The position numbers were made by a program, and so were the translations under genes. Shown here piece by piece: positions 63,801-64,000 of a stretch of 64,000 nucleotides of DNA (position 1 is the first letter of the stretch; the number at the start of each line of letters is the position of its first letter). Below the pieces are notes generated by a model. That model was not told where the DNA came from and ran no database searches. It worked only from the letters and a program-made list of their open reading frames with translations. This DNA is from Candidatus Heimdallarchaeota archaeon (lineage in GTDB: Archaea > Asgardarchaeota > Heimdallarchaeia > Heimdallarchaeales > Heimdallarchaeaceae). Location of the stretch: contig JAHLWR010000006.1 in NCBI GenBank assembly GCA_019057815.1, positions 96,001 through 160,000 on the forward strand, read 5' to 3'.

Positions 63801-64000
63801 TGTAAAGTAATCGATATGACATCGTTTCCTCCAGAACTAAGAATAAATGTTTGTTTTCCTTTAAATGCTGGGTATTCTTGTAGTACATCAAAACCATATT
63901 CAATAATTAAATTAGGTGAAAAAGCTTCTTCATGAGTAAGTTCTATACCGTGCCACCCTGTACCATAATCAAATGAAGGTATCAATTGGGAGTTAGATAA
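48872..64000 (-). CDS. Giant (>5040 aa) multidomain membrane/surface protein, 5' end outside the window
   Basis: Frame stays open to base 64000 (…LSNSQLIPSFDYG…); lectin-like repeats, central TM cluster, long hydrophilic C-terminal region. Confidence 0.9.
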   Translation of the reverse strand, partial: LSNSQLIPSFDYGTGWHGIELTHEEAFSPNLIIEYGFDVLQEYPAFKGKQTFILSSGGNDVISITLQDADENSKATYLMIHHGETIVYQNIIENKILNYVVRIVKEEYDCKISLYDRDSWSDLVTIDLSFSELIFDEIKLKQTAYENTPYIDAYVNDLIIDEYYYKMGYETSSINTIFNDDLYPAWLSGIWEETYTNCAETDFSISNKDDLLYIIPTNPSLTTANVTFTRNLNASDTDFTIDILMSAIANLNTGQFRLLLNDETLKLTVVFSGTNMIFTLESNTDTSTITLDKTILNYNTLRITKSGTSVVLYSDILHLYSLEPMISISSNSEAINNIKLEITTNPSNNPITFAFGNVVFSDSAANAYLSPWSDGHIIINDHFQTLNWDVNGIGYYTNSYSLIDGTKLLTDFGVNKSNWYGNTYSYKHSFQRDFYFDIRLSFLLDGSEGIISLVLENSIRHHNLFQLDIISTSQSSIEIILLIDGIKQDTYVTSQKLDQNVFRIERIGNTLSIYSDISSNQLNKIFEYTNEIENINIDRIKLKQLAKSYTAHTMLIDAIYLNARNMPVSNPVPPITVAEFVPRIYETDFVIMDDFSTHTYGETSTDDVPFSHSGGLKTLFNFNTPSEGLRGRSYFKDIICVEDFILSFKPLVDLEYNNIGILKIELLDNSYQTVFTILMVFNDTLQVDIYLYDKLVLSYEDDGITEVNKWFRFARKGDNLLFAICRGDYFIPVSETFDYDLESLPSLHSDIFGLRITQAAPYTGIITPNEFIISNIMINTAQQDETGLLSREIPTEQNFIASYDMWIEEETKLSITALSNYYSFENITERLQLLVYLLPIGESFDINSAYFVGGIIFLDNDIDTYTHSLMIIGYNGLFEVIICIDRMIPISLYMLETGYPQSWAEAEEDYVYSSDMFGWEEEFEGYLSPTGWDESVWTKEIFLSQQTLSSSLWTASGMEIQFSNNLMIIDHTTTQTCQATLHIPPLNVSNYPFFSFDIMTEEKFPEGTIYLVIENMTFDITPNIDTTLGFVSIKKNLYEILYPFTNNLLGEITIKVTSPCKIFLRNFMIYKIYGYNYLHYDDSSVVSTVDSIADVGVHYSTNTILTFLLGSHCTPERYAEEQDFVTMIQSLYEVPVISFDSDDPEFIQWFNNSININKQVILTIFDEIPTKLIEEYYIYDHFGRPFITTLLEEWQYVGNYLLWVGTEPFMRGVDEDGSLHLLTYDDYKKFSGRLIDSAQIGGSVAINISSFGMDIGMDQYEATWLVNASSLPSSIGEWVGGYVNLEGVEYNETEHGDLIITNPLMFYENWLSTFIGYGYGFMAQTDITIFMCLLDKVFIPPTDDDVIFGNLLLRGPIKLEKEFSFTNPYKFMFVGTSDKVIFEIESQNISFVTSDVIELNKYDIQQISGYSIVVNETMMVSIDEISFITENIDTSPHIFNFDEPDKLEYDHNFVPTYGDFMYSNNDYVLVQNSSTGYSSAYLNTQSYGDCVIQLEMGVYPRNYYNSTAGIMINIPESDPDNLFFDSIFVGFTVKGYSYDDWTYPVSLIVARYYSDSSYDILYLNEITKLGNSFDGNKDIIVPLKLTIVKTFSETGISLNIFAKTYRTYPRYGIEELLEIQYLDDGIYECHNGWFGDNSKIDYDMRSKGQIGLYANNTNFTYNYLSISPLLANDSGDYVNLNSGSSHVSSDGLWLDGTIETPYQDNTDTNFIISILNPQQNIVSFDKEKYIKIAIENNLGQEREIIFSRYGWGTYVDDHLYSLDFFGYRTVDAFYEINPNEYDKPYFVAVSVNHGDVIFTVWKAGDYEHRETKYYTGMFGMDSVADVRLSISTVNSLAYIDYISNGKMQASDLVYAYGRGLWGAGEVSYWLKGDSKYSLLLDESSISSTYTMYNATLNIFNALFLMNGTTDASFISSYNSLNLFNISIIDNYLYFNNSYLDFIFLNEHFYDLSYSFNQTHQELTIIDTTKNSQEPISWSFTENTTLIEGYLYDIEISATKGMLFLAEVIIDTLNSYFTTCNMDNWVYDTQLNEPLFSNEYSNTTCYLQVFANPLLGPTKITVYGDGQLIGEKMVKYSPMASFHPILISLQNFDTVGLHLYTLHFDNLIELDRLALGESIPITDWLYTAPDEDVDELIDSIYKIDFNSPEEYIISIVNDETMGNVTELFNGDNYCDFILDIKPATALEIYYKIPNGDSIIISIPTLAMYINDYNYDSRNLLIELVLSGDSSLDKQIYTEGFNDYQLVRIYDTIVDDDSWHHYQSLFTTYLQYVEYLPVGESKLIDLLTELDASEPMALVKNCYTIAKYTSFGSYPLSITANTGSSIFVDNFALYVPPAAVWPSEDLESVSMPVASHWKEISANNLGRIDFTDLFNIYPGNDTSFYLSFTTKTVSECYGSLVINTNMEFELLIPTMYSYQPPILGEYDSVIHILPIHVYGGLSRFIFRVMNHGMQNISLDTTLFFQVDVILDHVFLPQLNSIELQRDELNNTFIPEYVVSTPSTWIDMEGEWAPNGSPWINFYDNNSMSFGIYDFLQRAVPLPGDILVNNVSKAEVYFERSKINEYGNIMSLGDIEEYDNNSQILCTFYLYLLADIVDPYSFILHSNLNIDQLAAIFVDGVAIHYPTAYNGTSFDTLLPITDTNDKFKLEIMGEPYSIYDSYLGDTFNTSWHRKGFHSFSFFLNRINSETLNFSISIEGLTDAIIPFAGPTDYSLDLSEKLSQNRLYLVLDEYKGGLNIPYSSTTDVARRPYTSKDYLYSSVNYDGFMFHVTRMVWIGVADYDDTDKVGYVVAAIIYDQSTNHEAQEIYIQKVEVQSTAPCGLETNSLAKMKSLGLESSTYNSHILGYTEIFVSQAVNTITGESSNVLTLQESDFNIQSIGSSMNIELQNVVDIEIWDVGKQHVHLGIKDSFTITIKNGSFTDFSGSQMRITLHNRVITINLLTKQLHILYGSNALAYEIGKASISVSSSYGDAILSSTGLFIITDITVDDVDSRPLSPSQTLSKACITLSEYLTSIDYFGAFIALSKSLYRQLHDFIQREVLCPIKQVFNAFKFIFNELFTPNSTFWQNIWEHKDAYAIMAGLMFVTYLVGFVVCPYLATVGLPFMGMIGSAFVIGLWIEGALFVGMIVLDMLNYPNFIAEGLTYQFQVMIDKIVAWFSDAWKFITTTFNVLFSHELSFNNKMAYLKGVAERSWQSVSGFFQNIWKKLTIAWKAIAGWAKAGVKSMSGDADTQLAILRKFTFLLFWVLTIGGCTGGSSVYEYPFVNSNTDELLHLNYRAHNVEFVDEHFGSHEWQVGEENAFMALLVNFARLYVQKEQGNGNYEIGFYDDEHWESNDTRVAAAAELLRNLGFVVSISETVGANTSSIYVPFTKNNSSNYLPDGTVRESDIVIYKVYDDESNPDSTWHYEWFMGLSDNAILPGGFGLGMGESTFMGVMEMFLAKFDIIALWQDIRDMFLDPDDFYRRLAMAQIPGDIAALVSRGPDPIAEAQNVLQQQLKDGQAWRKYMGQVTEDMKDLGLSPKLSVPVHPQRKIVRDGFETISDVWENNKNIQKTIRNRKLYSLLTASAVMQFLNWGIFLPQMLYQKVLGGVMGLPEALVMTGLQLFCKMRPLSKTKLARIVSGMDPQKLRGNNAWKLGQSFGHTFWFHNVMEWMYDLQDISELESILPTLGIEIEDWDHYVPPPNYKFSLNTDVPTDGSIEIENYKVNPVDESEPKRPTYKELFKESICERERLNFYLQYLRSVTSRGIIYDETYIQELRDTVKKGDITKEWMSAHERYWEDSGTKPEDELLNIWIMKDTTSKQSSFITTSDGRVLIPLDKIIPGNVPVNNFIKWSSAEDYENTPLFDMLYIIKKAQDLEQVITDDFLNNVGQKVSMKEFGKWVESEQAGYKDFIEWVKKSKKYNTNDIYKIGFRNLVQEMMNLYYEFRFEHTGSKEKIHFASTFYRDMMVLQEPLLKQQMMEKVEHTIHDRAEKDLPSNDLISPWLRAVVDENGKVTDIIPSFEVDGTGRVTTESLKWLFEKTDDQKYHGEKQGKDAFIAGKKLIPTYHYNSETHKTTITYEQIDVMINVEAKCYSGEYSISDLTGTKNTIFVNELSLDAQSFLRHAGIIYGVTEKNELFVKQYSTPNGGTLNTKNIIGTVQREYDVFPGKNNRWTVADLIVALDAKNADAGYNIIQHLQKQAIISDLTAFAQGELAPIRDENGFIIEYDSGGTPSDYRLHLSHSSDNLGTNIDMIKYRAHTEVYSIRLPGTTTEITEVEFDGKTSSINLHAESFVRSNNPTHRNVLEFKSKDGTKYQVTPAIFYAEESGKYYTFKQDGSVWLADSAQNLRAQIIDELKTVLDINMENNLPAISSVAKQYMAINEQFERQMITGLINGLTNGYYDNVNTRRGWELNLFETVHKAHSDLDYSPNVDTHTSLLLQRQTNENGMFETPQSSRRTRAELLYGANAFTDYTSSVGRYSTTDKMLMNVQGSLDFDSEMDQMLGEKITISTKNIDSENTHMRTTNKRFQDQIKKLEEMGKINNLVSAVSSTVLLIRLAETTLYAGGSTQCIVVRNSQGNIMQFLEISKRKIGEEDRICLDDLISHMSQMTKSNAPKVYTSNEEYIQTEGTNIIKLEYLKEYNKGGTLDQYIINAIENIETKSISFGNDGEMPFDTPFRTQTEEGSPTRLGWSIPGARRLLKYALLKDEIPRRCKFGPYYFNKENAHEKIKQTYDIYKGTLTPQELTVRDILDNEIELKGALQIYLSNKRYYSEGKYISNTDQIKTIKEMIDIIVEIMRMGQHGYTFGRGPDSILNELEYKKLANILIAPFISRIYDAITNGGQWRPVSRSIMEQEFGKDVIVWKDDTPLFVKLATNKESIAIEYYRQTVRQASTQKKLSYAEYIDEKIKDTAKDTTEYNILKAIQLALNPFATVPNRLIRKDANGREIGFVVSETAKFYHVLYELVRSEKQLKAINDNTTPWNKFELWTGMALVNAWESLREIGARASISDKFNAMSKMFDDFQSTFGTNKNALSNARWIISWVNVQEFMKQWDRISRK

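Noticed and set aside
1-64000. CRISPR arrays, rRNA, tRNA, transposase or integrase genes
   Set aside because: No spaced repeats, GC-rich structural RNA, T-loop/CCA cloverleaf or recombinase motifs seen; intergenic gaps are short and AT-rich
48872-64000. Giant gene as the tape-measure gene of a provirus
   Set aside because: The Trp-periodic part is short and no capsid, terminase, portal or tail genes are visible in the window; kept only as a local similarity
48872-64000. Strand-skew change along the giant ORF as evidence of mosaic origin
   Set aside because: Explained by amino-acid composition (F/Y/I/S-rich N-terminal part versus K/E-rich C-terminal part)

Overview
AT-rich (roughly 30-33% GC by eye), densely coding archaeal chromosome segment. 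The gene content points to an Asgard archaeon, probably Heimdallarchaeia-like (inference): archaeal EgsA, aIF-1A, aIF-2beta, Rio1, Dim2 and NMD3, together with ribophorin I, Yip1, WD40, a roadblock-like coiled-coil protein, bacterial/eukaryotic-type MetK and MutS1/MutL. 1-22 kb and 34-48 kb are mostly housekeeping genes. Two regions stand out. (1) About 22-34 kb holds two divergent operons plus a convergent exosortase/archaeosortase. Together they encode three GT4s, a membrane GT2, an ArnD-like de-N-acylase, a GT-C-like membrane protein, a BtrK-like PLP decarboxylase, a YkgJ CxxxCxxxCC protein and a BpsA-like SAM-fold enzyme. This is a candidate amino-glycolipid/protein-anchoring system. (2) 48.9-64 kb is one giant ORF (>5040 aa, still open at the window edge). 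It has tandem lectin-like beta domains, a central hydrophobic/Trp-periodic region and a long C-terminal region with a possible PD-(D/E)xK motif. Smaller items include an unlisted CdrS-like RHH gene, a perfect 24-bp palindrome upstream of an orphan gene, and a 9-codon uORF coupled to metK. No CRISPR array, rRNA, tRNA or transposase was recognised. All calls rest on visual motif recognition; no searches were run.
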